Shown here piece by piece: positions 27,067 through 39,427 of a stretch of 64,000 nt of DNA. Every line of letters begins with the position of its first letter. Within the stretch, counting starts at the first letter, position 1. A program made the position numbers and the translations under genes. The stretch is from NCBI RefSeq assembly GCF_006345805.1, contig NC_043010.1, forward strand, positions 29,512,001 to 29,576,000, written 5' to 3'. This DNA is from Octopus sinensis. Taxonomy: Eukaryota. Below the pieces are notes generated by a model. That model ran no database searches. It saw nothing but the letters and a program-made list of their open reading frames with translations, and had not been told where the DNA came from.

Positions 27067-27225
27067 CACACATATATATTCACATTTATACATATATACA
27101 CGAAGAAGATAGCTTCTACAGAGCATATAAGCTACTGTGAAAGACTCTATTCCTTAGAGCGTAGGCGAGAAAGATATGCCATAATATACATCTGGAAGAT
27201 CCTAGAAGGACTTGTCCCAAACTTT
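25984..27225. repeat. Apparently perfect ~1.24-kb palindrome centred on a (TA)n tract
   Basis: The non-microsatellite parts of 25984-~26500 and ~26720-27225 are exact reverse complements by eye. Confidence 0.9.
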
Positions 27226-27315
27226 ATATATATATATATATATAACTTTATATATATATATAACTTTATTTATATATTATATATATATATATATAACTTT
27301 ATATATATATATATA

Positions 27316-27350
<35 letters not shown>

Positions 27351-27359
<9 letters not shown>

Positions 27360-27548
27360 GGGTAATAACAATTATAGACATTTTTATTACCAGTGGCCTA
27401 GCGCAAAAAAAATTAGTCAATAGACTATATATTATTCATATGAAATATCGATATTTTATATGAACAATACATAGTCTATTGACTAAATGTTTTTGCGCTA
27501 GGCCACTGGTAATAAATATTTATATGGTTCTTATTACCCTAATATTAT
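27351..27548. repeat. 198-bp near-perfect spacer-less palindrome (MITE-like)
   Basis: Symmetry centre atatc|gatat at 27449/27450. The arms include ccagtggcctagcgcaaaaa and tttttgcgctaggccactgg. Confidence 0.85.
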
Positions 27549-29189
27549 TTATTATGTTTGAGGTTTCACCGGCATCTTCTCTGTTGCCGGAAATAAACTG
27601 CGTCTGCGCAGTGGTTTTGAAAAGTTAGAATATACAAACAATGAGCTTTCATGCGGAAACGATCTCGTTGTGTGTATATATAAAATCTAAAGGCTACCTT
27701 CTGATGAAGACTGGCTTCAGTAAATCATTTTATTTTTACTGAAATAAGTCAGAAATCATGGTCTAGGAATCAAATTAGATGGTAAATGTTTTTAATTTTC
27801 ATTCCCTTCGAGAATTTATCCCTAATTAGTGGTTTGAGTATTTTACTGCTCTTTCTAGCGCAAGGCTTTCCTATGATGGAAGCTTCTTAATGTGTTTTAA
27901 TGTACCCGATATTATATTTTTATTTATTTTTTTTTTTTATTTTTATCTAGTTTCAGCTCACGAGCTGTGGCCATGCTGGGGCACAGCCATTTGGTGTTGC
28001 TACATGATTTTACTTCACGAATGCTTTTTGGCAATTGCCATTTGGTGCATGAGAGAGATCGATGCAGCTGCCCTCATCTGCACCTCCTGCCGTGAAGTTG
28101 GTTCATCTGGGACACTTGACAGGAAGAGATCCAGTTTTATTTTAAAGACATCTGCATCCACCCCATGCAGGTCTCTCAGGTTCTTCGGGAGGATATTGAA
28201 GAGCTGTGGGCCTCTGAAGCCCAGGCTATCACAGTATCTTGTCCTACATCTTGATGGCAAATTTGGAGTCCTTGGCACTATGCAGTGGCGCCCAGTTCTA
28301 ATATTTGTGTAACTCTCGATGCCAAAGTTTGGGACAAGTCCTTCTAGGATCTTCCAGATGTATATATATTATGGCATATCTTTCTCGCCTACGCTCTAAG
28401 GAATAGAGTCTTAATCTCTTGAGTCTTTCCCAGTAGCTTATATGCTGCACAGAGGCTATCTTCTTCGTGTAGCTTCGTTGGATCGCCTCAAGTTCTGTGA
28501 TTAACTTGTCACTGGATGGTGACCATAGCTGAGAGCAATAGTCAAAGTGGCTTAGGACAAGTTTCCTCCAGAGGACCATCATGGTTTTCTGGTCTCTTGT
28601 TCTAAAGGTTCTAAGAATCCATCCGGTCAGCCGCCAACATTTCATTGCCAATTTAGCAACATGCACATGAAAGGTTGCATCATCACTCATGTAAATACCT
28701 AGGTCTCGCACTGATTGTGCCTCTGGGATTGCAATCCCTCCAGGTCCAGTGTATTTATTAGGTATTGCATTTAGTTTTGCATGCTGATAGCATAAAGCTT
28801 GAAACTTTTCAGCATTGAACAGCATGCTATTCTTTTCAGCCCACTTGTATATTTTGTCCAGCTCACATTGCAGGTGCATAGTGTCTTCAGGGTTCTGTAT
28901 TGTCTGTGAAACTTTTGTATCATCTGCATAACTTGTGATCGTGGCTCTCTGCGTGGCTGAGGGCATGTCTGAAAGGGCCATTATGAACAGTAGTGGTCCC
29001 AAAACAGTGCCTTGTGGAACACCGCTCACTATCCTTCAGAAAGTCATGAAGCCATTCTCCCAATTTTCCAACTATACCAAGATCACGCTGTTTGTGACAT
29101 ATCATTCCATGATCGACTTTATCAAAGACCTTTGCAAAGTCGAGATATATGACTTCCACATTTGAGTGGTTGAGCAGTCGTTTCAGCAC

Positions 29190-31091
29190 TCAGTCATAGT
29201 GTTGTAGGAGCTGAGTTAGGCAGCTTCTTCCTGGTCGAAAACCATGTTGGGTGTCAGGCAGCAAATCATTTTCTGCAAGGAAGGTGATTAGTTTCCTTCT
29301 GACTATTCGTTCCATGACCTTGCTGGTGTGTGAGGTCAGAGAGATAGGTCTGTAGTTCTTGGCCTCTGCTCTGCTACCTCCTTTATGAATAGGGCATATT
29401 TTACCTTCCTTCAGTTTTCTTGGAAGTTTGCCAGTTGCAAGGAAGCTCTGAAAGAGGAACTGCAGTGGTCTTGCTAGGACTTTTAGAACTGCAGTGGTCT
29501 TGCTACATACTTTTCGAAGGATTGCTGGGAATCCATCGGGGCCAGTAGCTGAGTTTGTTTTCATTTCATCTATAGCCTTTATTACATCGTCTTCCTTTAT
29601 ATTGATGTAATCAATCATCGCTGCCTCTGATTTTATATCTGCAGTGGTAAAGAAGTCAGTTGGATTGCTGATTTGAAAATGCCCTAGGGGTGGAGTGAAA
29701 ATACTCTTGAATTGCTCATTTAGTATTTCACTTATCCTCATTGGATTTCCTGTGAGTGTGCCATCCTTTTCAAGGAGTGGCCCTATCCTACAGTGCACCG
29801 TAGCTGTTTCTTTGGCATACCTGTAGAAAGCTCTGGGGTTAGATTTTATGTTGTCTATAGCCCAGGCTTCTTTGCCTGCTCTTTCTTTTTCATGGGAGAG
29901 TTGCAGACATTTTTCAATTTCCAACAGTTTTATTTTCAGGCGGGACTTTTCACTGCTTTCAATTTGTTTGTTTAGGTGATTTGAAACTTTTGTACGCCGT
30001 CTCATTAGAATTTTCCTCTCTCTGGGGATTTTGTTCTTCTGTACAGTGGTCTTTCTCTCTGGGACACATTTATAGCATATGGCTTTCATTACAGACATGA
30101 ATTGTTGAAGTTTCATGTCAATGTCTGGCGAGGAGAGACATTCAGGCCAGTTTTGTTTGAGGATATCTTTCTCAATTTGTTTCCAGTTTGCCTTGTGGAA
30201 GTTCAAGCTGGAAAGATTCTGAAAGTTTCTTGTAGACTGCATGTCCATGCTTTCCTTTGGCCCGTACATGGTCAGCTCTACCATGTTGTGATCCGAGAGT
30301 TGTGTCGGTGTCACTTTCACATTATGGATGAAATCCATATTATTTGTGAAGCAGAGATCCAGTATGTTACCTGCCCTGGTTGGTTGGAGTATTATTTGCT
30401 CCATGTACAGAGTGTTGATGAGGTTCAGGAGGGACCTCGCCTGTCCTCGTTCGCATCGTGTCATTCCTGGGAGAGAAAGGCCCTCAAGCCATCTGACATT
30501 GGGCAGATTGAAGTCTCCCACAAGAAGTACACTTATGTGTTGTTCTAATGTGACTAGAACTTCTTCTATTTTTATAAGGCAGTCTTCAAACTTGCCTACA
30601 TGGCTTGGGGCATCTGGAGGGTGATATGTAGTACATATAACTACACCAAGTTGCCTTATATGTACAATTAGTGTGTCACACACCGAATTTGAGTATGACA
30701 AAAGGATCTGGGGTGTGAGGTCCTCGCGGATGTACATAGAAACTCCTCCATGACTCCTTTCTTTTCTGTCGGTCCGTAGTACAACATACTGTGGCATGTG
30801 TATTTCCGCATCTGCTCTGTCCGATTTCAGGTGTGTTTCCATAAGTGCTATGCATAAGGCTTGATTGCATGCAACAAGGTCTCTCAAGAACGGGATTTTT
30901 GTCCTGTTACTGAGTGTTAGCAGTCCTCTAATGTTCAGTAGGAGCATCGAGGTGATGTGTGTGCTGTTGCCGGTAGTGTCCACCTTGGGTCTATTTGCTG
31001 TGGCGGTCTTGTGTATTGTGGATAGTCCCATCTGCGAGTTTGAGTTTGATGGAGCCAAGTTAGCTGCTGTACAATCTTTTGTGCCATGCAC
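29190..31091 (-). pseudogene. LINE ORF2, N-terminal 633-aa open segment (APE plus RT start), continuing after frameshifts in 28920..29189, 28298..29029 and 28015..28278
   Basis: ORF track translations and the motifs listed for the element. Confidence 0.9.
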
Positions 31092-31430
31092 AAAAAATAT
31101 TCTTGTTCAACAGCTGCCCTTTCAATAACATGTTGGTGGTTTGTAGCACGCACTCCATCTGCGTACCTCCGTTTTGGGGCAGGCGGTGCGTGGTCCTTTC
31201 CTTTTCCTTTTGGTAGTTGGTTTTTGCCCTGTTTCATGTTTATGTGGCAGGGTCTTTGGTGTGCAAAACGGCAGCCTGCACCTTCCTCTCCATGCCAGCA
31301 GACACCTTTCAGATAGAATTTACACATTCGTGTGCGCTGTCTCTTTCTATCCTTTTTGGTATATGGATAGTCAGGTTTGCTACTGTCCTTGGCTATTTCA
31401 TCTTTTGGCTTTGTTTGAGTTTTAGTTTTT
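30935..31430 (-). pseudogene. LINE ORF1 remnant with CCCH-type zinc finger
   Basis: [22 protein letters not shown] (C-x7-C-x8-C-x3-H) upstream of and overlapping ORF2. The track's start codon lies in a microsatellite and is not credible. Confidence 0.6.
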
Positions 31431-31488
31431 CCTTCTTGTATGTATGTATATATATATGTATGTTGTGTATATATGTACATATATATAT

Positions 31489-31528
<40 letters not shown>

Positions 31529-31769
31529 ATATATATGTGTGTATATCTATTATATATGTATATAGATGTATATATATATTATATATATAATAATATACGT
31601 ATATATATATGTATATATATATACATATATGTATATAAGTACATACACACATGTATACACACACAAACACGTAACAAATATGCATGTCAATATGTACATA
31701 TATGTGTACTTGTACTGGTATATATAAGAAATTAAAAAAGGAAAATACGCACACTTACATAGTTTTAAT

Positions 31770-33760
31770 ATAATTTTTAATATATCGACCGGTTTCGCTA
31801 TCGCTATTCATATTATGTTTTACTTATTTGAATACATATTTTTTCTTAAGAAGAAATTTGGTCCATGTTGTGTGTGATGAAATTCACGAGTGAATGACTT
31901 CACAAGTAGATAAATAAAGGTAGGTAATTGGTTGTCGTTATTATTGTTATTGTTGTTGATAAGGGAGATAACTGTTCAGCTTTCGGTAATGGGTGGGGAT
32001 TATATATGTGTACAGACAGAGACAAGTTTCAAAAACCTTGTTTAGTAGGGGATTTATGTACAGTGATGTAATCGTGATATGAAATATGTAAAAAGATAAA
32101 AGTTGGTTATGTGTGCATATTAAGACGTGTTTTGTATTTTTCAATGAAAAAAGTTTCTTTATTTAAACGTTCTAGTTGAGAGATTGCGTCTTTGCACTGG
32201 TAGAAAGGGAAGATTGTGAAATTTGGTTTGACGTTACCTGCACATTTTTCTATATGTTCACTGAGAGGAATTTGTCTGTATTGCGGGAAACGGATTTGCT
32301 CCTTATGTAGAGTGGTTCTCTTTCTCAAGGTCATACTCGTTTGTCCAATATAGTGGTGTCCGCAACCCGAGCAGGTTATTCCATAAATTAGGTTCTCAGA
32401 GGCACAAGTGAAACTAGTTTTAATTGTGAACTTCTGTCTTTGAAAAGGAAATTTGAGCCTTCAAGCAGGTTGGGGCAGGTTCCACAGTTTGGGCGTCCAC
32501 ATTTTTCAACCGTTGGTTTCATGGTTGTTTTGTAAGGCTTCGCATTTGTTAGTAGTCTCTTTAGCGATTTGTCTTGTTTTTTGCATTTGATGAATTTGTG
32601 TGTTTTCAGGATGTCGTTCATTTTTGGATCTCTAGTTAGTAAAGGAAGAGTTTGCACAATAGTGTTGAATGCCTCACTGTTTCTGGGGTTGTGTGTTGAT
32701 ATAAGTAGTAATGTTTGAGTTGAAGTGTAATGTTTTTTTGTTCTTAGTATTTTTGTGTCTAATTGTTTGGCACATTTAATTCCCTCGTCGATAAGAAAGG
32801 GTGGATATTGTCTTTCAATAAGTGTTGTTTTGAGGTCTTGAAGACGAAGGTCCCGAGTTGTTCTATCAGACACTATTGTGCAGATCCTTTTAGACAAGTT
32901 GAAAGGGATATTTATTTTGATGTGTTTCGGGTGGCATGAGTTAAAGAGAAGATATTGTTTTGAATCAGTTGGTTTATAATAAATGTCAGTTATGATTTCA
33001 TTGTTAACTTTTTTATCATGATGTCTAAAAATGGGAGTTGTTCTTTGTTATATTCCATTGTGAATTGAATGTTACTATTTATGTCATTTAGTGTTGTTTT
33101 GAAATCCAAAAGTTTGTCGATGTTCTCCTTCCAGATGATAAAGCAGTCATCTAGGTATCTCTTCCAATTTTCTCTTATGTAGAGGTAAAATGGGTAACCA
33201 TATTTCTGAAGTGATTCTTCATATAAGGTGAATTCAAAATAACCCATTATTAGGTTCGCAAGAACAGGAGCTGCTTTCGTCCCCATCGTAATTCCGCATT
33301 TCTGACGATAGTATGTCATCAAATAGGAAATAATTGCTCTGAAGTATAAATTTTAAGGATTCAATAATAAAGATCTGGTTTATGCGTTCCGGGAGGACTT
33401 CAGGGTACTTTCCAACCAGAATTTAATTGCTTTTATTCCATAGTCATGGGGGATGTTGATGTAAAGATTGATAACATCGAGGGTAACCAATATTGCCTCT
33501 TCATTAATTGTTTTTGGTAGGTGTTCTAGCATGTCTAAACCATCTCTAATGAAACTTTTGATGTATTTCAGCAAGGGTTTCAGTAGGATGTCTAGAAAAT
33601 TGCTTAGTCGGTGGGTTTCACAGGCCGGCCCAGCTACAATGGGTCTTAAAGTCAAGTCTTCTGGCGTTTGGATATTTATATATCTGTCTGGTGATTGTTT
33701 GCAGGCTTCATTGATTATCTTGCTCCCTCCCATTCTGCCAGGTCCACCCAAACATTCCTA
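31770..33760 (-). mobile_element. Penelope-like element (RT plus GIY-YIG), frameshifted and 5'-truncated
   Basis: LRPIVAGPAC, TLDVINLYINIPH, GITMGTKAAP, WKRYLDDCF and LPFLDI, followed by CGRPNCGTC and HYIGQT...TLHKEQIRFPQY. Confidence 0.92.
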
Positions 33761-33769
33761 GGGTTTTAC

Positions 33770-34023
33770 AGTATATAAGGTGAAAGGATGATGATGTGGC
33801 CGCTAACATCTCTAGATTTCAATCCTATCGAAAATCTTTGGTCCATCATTAAACAAGATGTTTATGCCGATGGACGCCAATTTACGTCAAAAGATGTCTT
33901 ATGAGTGACCATTAAAAATACAGCAGAGGCAGACCAACCTGTTACTATTAAGAACTTGACAGATTCCGTGTCTAATAGGGTTTTTAAAGTTATTCGTTGA
34001 AATGGCGCTCATGTAGCTAAATA
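33770..34023 (+). mobile_element. Tc1 transposase C-terminal fragment
   Basis: MWPLTSLDFNPIENLWSIIKQDVY. Confidence 0.8.
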
Positions 34024-34337
34024 ATTCATTATATGTTATAATATCATTATGCTTTTTTGTTAAACATATACTCAATGTATGCTTAATATCTATCATTACC
34101 CTTTATTTTCTGAAAAAATGTCTAGATGGACTATTTTCATTCAAAAGCTATTAGCATGGTTCACCCAAAAACTGAAGAATTTGAATTAAAAAAGGAAGGA
34201 CGTTACACAGAATAATGTAAACAGCAATGGTGTTGTCATAGTATGCAAACCAGCTGGGGAAAGTCTTATTAAAATCTATTCACAGAAAACCGAGCAATCC
34301 TAAATTTCGCTCCTAAGCTATCAACATGGTTCTGTGC

Positions 34338-34375
<38 letters not shown>

Positions 34376-34467
34376 TTATATGTATATATACATACATAGA
34401 CTTATATAAGAGTATATATTTAAGTATATATACATATATTTATGTATAAGTATATATGATTAACATA

Positions 34468-35617
34468 TCTATATATATAAAAGAAAGATTCTCTTTGTTT
34501 GTTTGTTTGTCCAGTAAAATGAAAGTAAATGGTTCAAGGGAAGCTATTATACTTTTTCTACATATATAAAATCGAAATTCTATCTCTTCCTTTCTCCAGC
34601 AAAATGAAAGTACCTGGTTCAGGGGAAACTCTTATGGTATTACCTAATTTGTCTCAACAAAAATTATGCAATGGTACAATATTAATGGTGCACAAAACTA
34701 TGAAGAACTGCATTGAGGCAAATATTCTCACTGGTTATGGCAAAGGTGAGACCGTCTTCACTCCTCACATACCAGTTATACCATCTAATGTCTCATTCCA
34801 ATTTAAGCAATTACAGTTTCCTATCGCACTTTCTTTTGCCATGAGCATTAATAAAACTCAGGGCCAAACACTAAAAGTTGCTGCATTGCAACTTGAAGAA
34901 CCATGCTTTTCGCGTGGCCAACCTTATGTAGGAGCATCACGAGTGAGAGCAAAAGCAAATCTTTTTGCTTATGCGCCCCGAAATAAAACAAAAAACATTG
35001 TTTATAAAGAAATATTCACTCTTAATGCAACATGAATACTTCAATAACTTAATTTGCCATTACTATCATTACATGCAAGAATGATTAATTACCTATTTAA
35101 ACGAACTGTATTATATAATTGTCATTACTGTATTGGTAAATAAAATAACACATAGAATTCATTTATTATTGTCGTATAATAAACAGAAGTTCGTGTTTGA
35201 AATCCATCTTTTTTCTACTTCATTATTACATGTTTTTCTCTTATAAAATACACATTTACAAAAGGAGTAAATCTCAATCTGTCGTGGTAGTCTCACCTTG
35301 GTTCATATTCAAAACTTTATGTAGGAGAATCACGTGTGGGAACAAAAGCAAATCTTTTTGCTTATGCACCCCGAAATGAAAAAAAGCAAAAAAACATGAA
35401 GACTTCAATAACTTTATTTGCCATTTCTATCATTACATTCAAGAATGATATCGATCTTTTTTCTACTTCAATTATCACATGTTTATCTCTTATAAAAATA
35501 TACACACACAGACACAGGAGGAGTAAATTATATATATATATATATAAATATATATTGAATGTGGGTCACGAGAAACAGTAAAAGTAATTAATCGTCGACG
35601 ACGGGTATTATTGCTAG
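34468..35617 (+). mobile_element. Non-autonomous Helitron retaining the PIF1-helicase C-terminus
   Basis: A|TC 5' end with (GTTT)n and a CTAG|T 3' end. ORF 34529..35035 contains LCNGT, QFPIALSFAMSINKTQGQTL and FSRGQPYVGASRV. Confidence 0.85.
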
Positions 35618-35702
35618 TAATTAATATAATTAATATACTACGGTTAGTCAATAATTAACTCTGATATTATCGAACAAAATTAGATATATTATATATATAT
35701 AT

Positions 35703-35893
35703 AAGGCGCAGGAGTGGCTGTGTGGTAAGTAGCTTATTTACCAACTACATTGTTCCGGGTTCAGTCCCACGCAGTGGCACCTTGGGCAAGTGTCTTCTAC
35801 TATAGCCTCGGGCCGACCAAAGCCTTGTGAGTGGATTTGGTAGACGGAAACTGAAAGAAACCCGTCGTTCTATATGTTATATATAAATATATA

Positions 35894-35943
<50 letters not shown>

Positions 35944-36162
35944 TATATGCGTGTGTGTGTTTGTGTGTCTGTGTTTATCCCCCCCCCAACATCGCTTGAC
36001 AACCGATGCTGGTGTGTTTATGTCCCCGTTACTTAGCGGTTCGGCAAAAGAGACTGATAGAATAAGTACTGGGCTTACAAACGAATAAGTCCCGGGGTCG
36101 AGTTGCCCGATTAAAGGCGGTGCTCCAGCATGGCCGCAGTCAAATGACTGAAACAAGTAAAA
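35703..36162 (+). mobile_element. tRNA-derived SINE with internal microsatellite
   Basis: Head homologous to 22689 and tail homologous to 735-940 (reverse complement). Confidence 0.82.
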
Positions 36163-36238
36163 GGGTATATGTGTGTGTATGTGTGTGTGTGTGTACGTAT
36201 ATATATATATATGTATGTATATATATATGTATGTATAC

Positions 36239-36270
<32 letters not shown>

Positions 36271-36610
36271 GTATACATATATGTATATATATATATGTAT
36301 ACATATATACAATAAATTTAGGGTGAATACTTGATAAGTGTAAGCACCTGTATACGCCAACTAGTAGAAGAGGTGAGAGGGTATATGTATCAAATGAAAT
36401 CAAAAACAGAACACAAAGGATGTCGCGGTACACGTGTTTCAAGCTTTATAAACGACCTATTCTTACATCATTGTATAATCGATATAAAGGATGGTTTAAA
36501 GCTCTCTTCAGCCGCATGCAATTGTTATACCAAAGATTTACATCACATTATGAAAAATCCGAAAAGTACATTTGGTATTACCCATAATGATAGGTATATC
36601 GAGTCTCCCT

Positions 36611-36793
36611 AAGAAAGTATGTTTGTAAACTTTCATAACCAAATAGGTGTGTAGGGTATTATTTGACTTCGAAAATCTGTCCATACTGTATCACCAGTCA
36701 ACATTCACTCTATGGACAGTATGGACAGATTTTCGAAGTCTAATAATACCCTACACACCTATTTGGTTATGAAGGTTTACAGACATACTCTTG
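36611..36793. repeat. Hairpin with ~75-bp arms and a ~26-bp loop
   Basis: ...ataggtgtgtagggtatta...aaaatctgtccatactgt mirrored by acagtatggacagatttt...taataccctacacacctat... Confidence 0.85.
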
Positions 36794-37398
36794 ATTAAAT
36801 GAAAGTTTACATTGTCGAGTAGCCTGCGGTATATACCTCGCTTGGATATTTATCACTTCATAGGTTCCGCTCGCTATGAAACATATGTAACTGCGATCTT
36901 TACTCCCTTCTTTACCTCTTGTATTCTTATTCGCATACCCGGCAACCCTGTTCGCCTAGCATGAAATGTAAAAATAACCTTTTTTGGTTTATCGTACTTT
37001 GATACAAAAATAATCCACAACCTTCCGTCTCAATAAACCACTGTTGTCCCTGAAAGTTGTTTTTATATTTACTACGGGTTGCATCAAGCTAACTTTCTTT
37101 CTACACTTTGATCCTTGGATCTTATGTATGTATGTATGTATGTATGTATGTGTATGTATGTATGTATGTATGTACGTACGTATGCATGTATGTACGTATG
37201 TATGTATGTATGTATTTGTGTGTGTGTATGTATGTATGTATGTATGTACGTACGTATGTATGTATGTATGTATGTACGTACGTACGTATGTATGTATGTA
37301 TGTATGTATGTGTGTATGTGTGTATGTGTGTATGTATGTATGTATGTATGTATGTATGTATGTATGTATATGTGTATATGTGTATGTATGTATATTAA

Positions 37399-37667
37399 AG
37401 TTAGATAAAGCTGGTTTATAGGACTACCTTAGGTTTCAGGTCCATAAAGGCCTTAGCTTTATGACGTATCATCCGATCCCAAAACCTGTTGGCTAAAGGC
37501 CTCTCTCGTGAGTGACCACTTGTTTGAGAGAGGCCTCTCTAGCGAGTGTCCACTCGCTAAAGAGGCCTTTAGCCAGCCGGTTTTGGGATCTAATGATACG
37601 CCATAAAACTAAGCCCTTTATGGATGTGAACCCTAAGGTATTCCCATAAACCGACCATATCTAACTC
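37399..37667. mobile_element. ~270-bp MITE with ~105-bp imperfect TIRs
   Basis: agttagata...gatcccaaaacc...ggctaaaggcctct mirrored by agaggcctttagcc...ggttttgggatc...tatctaact. Confidence 0.75.
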
Positions 37668-38008
37668 TAACTTATACTGCTCTATAACTTAGAGTGTGCT
37701 TCTTTTTTCGGATATATGTTTATGGACGATATACACACACATATACATGCTCGTATCCTCTTATATTCTTGTGTGTGTGTGTGTGTGTGTGCGTTTGTGT
37801 GCGTTACGTAAGTGCATGTATTTGGTGTAGCTTAACCCCAGGTCAAAACATGGTGGAGTAGAAGCATAATCAAATACTTTTTACCCAACACCATTTCGAC
37901 TAAAAATGTGCATCGATATCCCCCTCCCTTTTTTTTAAATTGTAAGGCTGTATTTGAATTATTTATGGTGGTGGTTGTGGTCGTCGTTGTTGTGATTGTT
38001 TTGCTTGA

Positions 38009-38043
<35 letters not shown>

Positions 38044-38268
38044 TTGGTGGTGGTAGTGGTGGTGGTGGTGGTGGTGGTGGTGGCGGTGGCGGTGGTGATG
38101 GCGGTGGTGGCGGTGGTGGTGGTGGTGGTGGTGGTGGTGGGGTGGTGGTGGTGATTGTAGCGGTGGCGGTGGTGGTGGTGGTGATGGTGGTGGTGATGTT
38201 AGTAGTAGTAGTAGTAGTAGTAGTAGTTCTCGTTGTTATTTATCAGCCCACTGTTCGTGTGTAGAATT

Positions 38269-38513
38269 TTAGATGTATGAATAGAGCCATTTGAGGAGCG
38301 GCAGTAAGTCAACCACGACAATAAGAACAAAGGGTGCCACCACGACAACGGCCGTGAAGCTACCGATCACCTTTGATGAAACACGTTCGTCAGCCATACT
38401 TTTTTTGGAACGGATGTACTTGGATGTGTTGCGTCGTGGTATAGTCAACTCCGAGATGATCTCACGAAGCTTATTGCCCAGTTGTTCATCGGTGATGTTT
38501 GGTTTCAAGGTGG
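38269..38513 (-). CDS. Coding exon 4 (probably last coding exon): juxtamembrane helix, TM segment, short tail and stop
   Basis: Acceptor tttttcttttctcgtttccag|, phase 1. Encodes TLKPNITDEQLGNKLREIISELTIPRRNTSKYIRSKKSMADERVSSKVIGSFTAVVVVAPFVLIVVVDLLPLLKWLYSYI*. The four exons total 1044 nt = 348 codons including TAA. Confidence 0.88.
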
Positions 38514-38693
38514 CTGGAAACGAGAAAAGAAAAATAAATAAAGAAAAGAAAAGAATAGAAAAGAATAGTAAAAAAATGAAAACGTAAGAAATTACTACAG
38601 CTACCACAAGTACCACCACCATCACCACCGTCACCGCCGCCGCCACTTCCACTTTTACTTCTACTAGTACTACTAGCACTACTACCACCACCG

Positions 38694-38739
<46 letters not shown>

Positions 38740-39175
38740 ACACCATTTTCCCACGCTTATTATCTTTTGTGGTTGTATTTCCGACTAATATAGGCAGAAT
38801 GAGATACCTTTATCTACAGGCTGAAACAGCTGTAAGATCCATTTTATGTGTATTATTTTTATGGTATTATCTTACTTATTGATGTATATTGTTTTATTCT
38901 GTTGGATTTGGATGTTCTTATTTAAGTAGTTAATAAATAATATGAATTGGTAATATCTGTAAGTCGATGATTGAAAGGAATCTGTTCCTCCATTTTCTTA
39001 TTTGTATTATGAATTTGAGGTAAAATATTTTACCTTCGCACATCTAATACAATAAATGAACTAATTGCATTCTAATTATAAGTATTTATGTATATGCCTT
39101 TTGGGTACTTCACCAGCATTATATTGGATAACTGATATCCCATAGTGGGTTACACTCATAACCCCTATCTTACTT

Positions 39176-39253
<78 letters not shown>

Positions 39254-39254
39254 T

Positions 39255-39285
<31 letters not shown>

Positions 39286-39427
39286 GACAGAGACAGAGAC
39301 ATAGGGAGAGGGAGAGAGAAAGAAATTATATAGAGCTGAAATTTACAGAAAAACAAAAGACGAATACAGGTGTATGAAAAACAAGCAAGTGTATTTGTTT
39401 GACACTCGGGAAAAATGAAAAGTTTTT

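Larger units (their letters stand above)
27915..31430 (-). mobile_element. Near-complete CR1-type LINE with ORF1 remnant, ORF2 (APE+RT) and poly(A) tail
   Basis: APE motifs LLNIRGL, ALMETHL, VGDFNLP and SDHN. RT motifs ATGPDG, YRPISL, QHGFRPG, YLDFAKVFDKV, GVPQGTVLGP and YADD. C-terminus YWERLKRLRLYSLERRR; A-tail at ~27915-27945. Confidence 0.92.

Noticed and set aside
37908-38264. Poly-V/S/G ORF
   Set aside because: Trinucleotide microsatellite translation.
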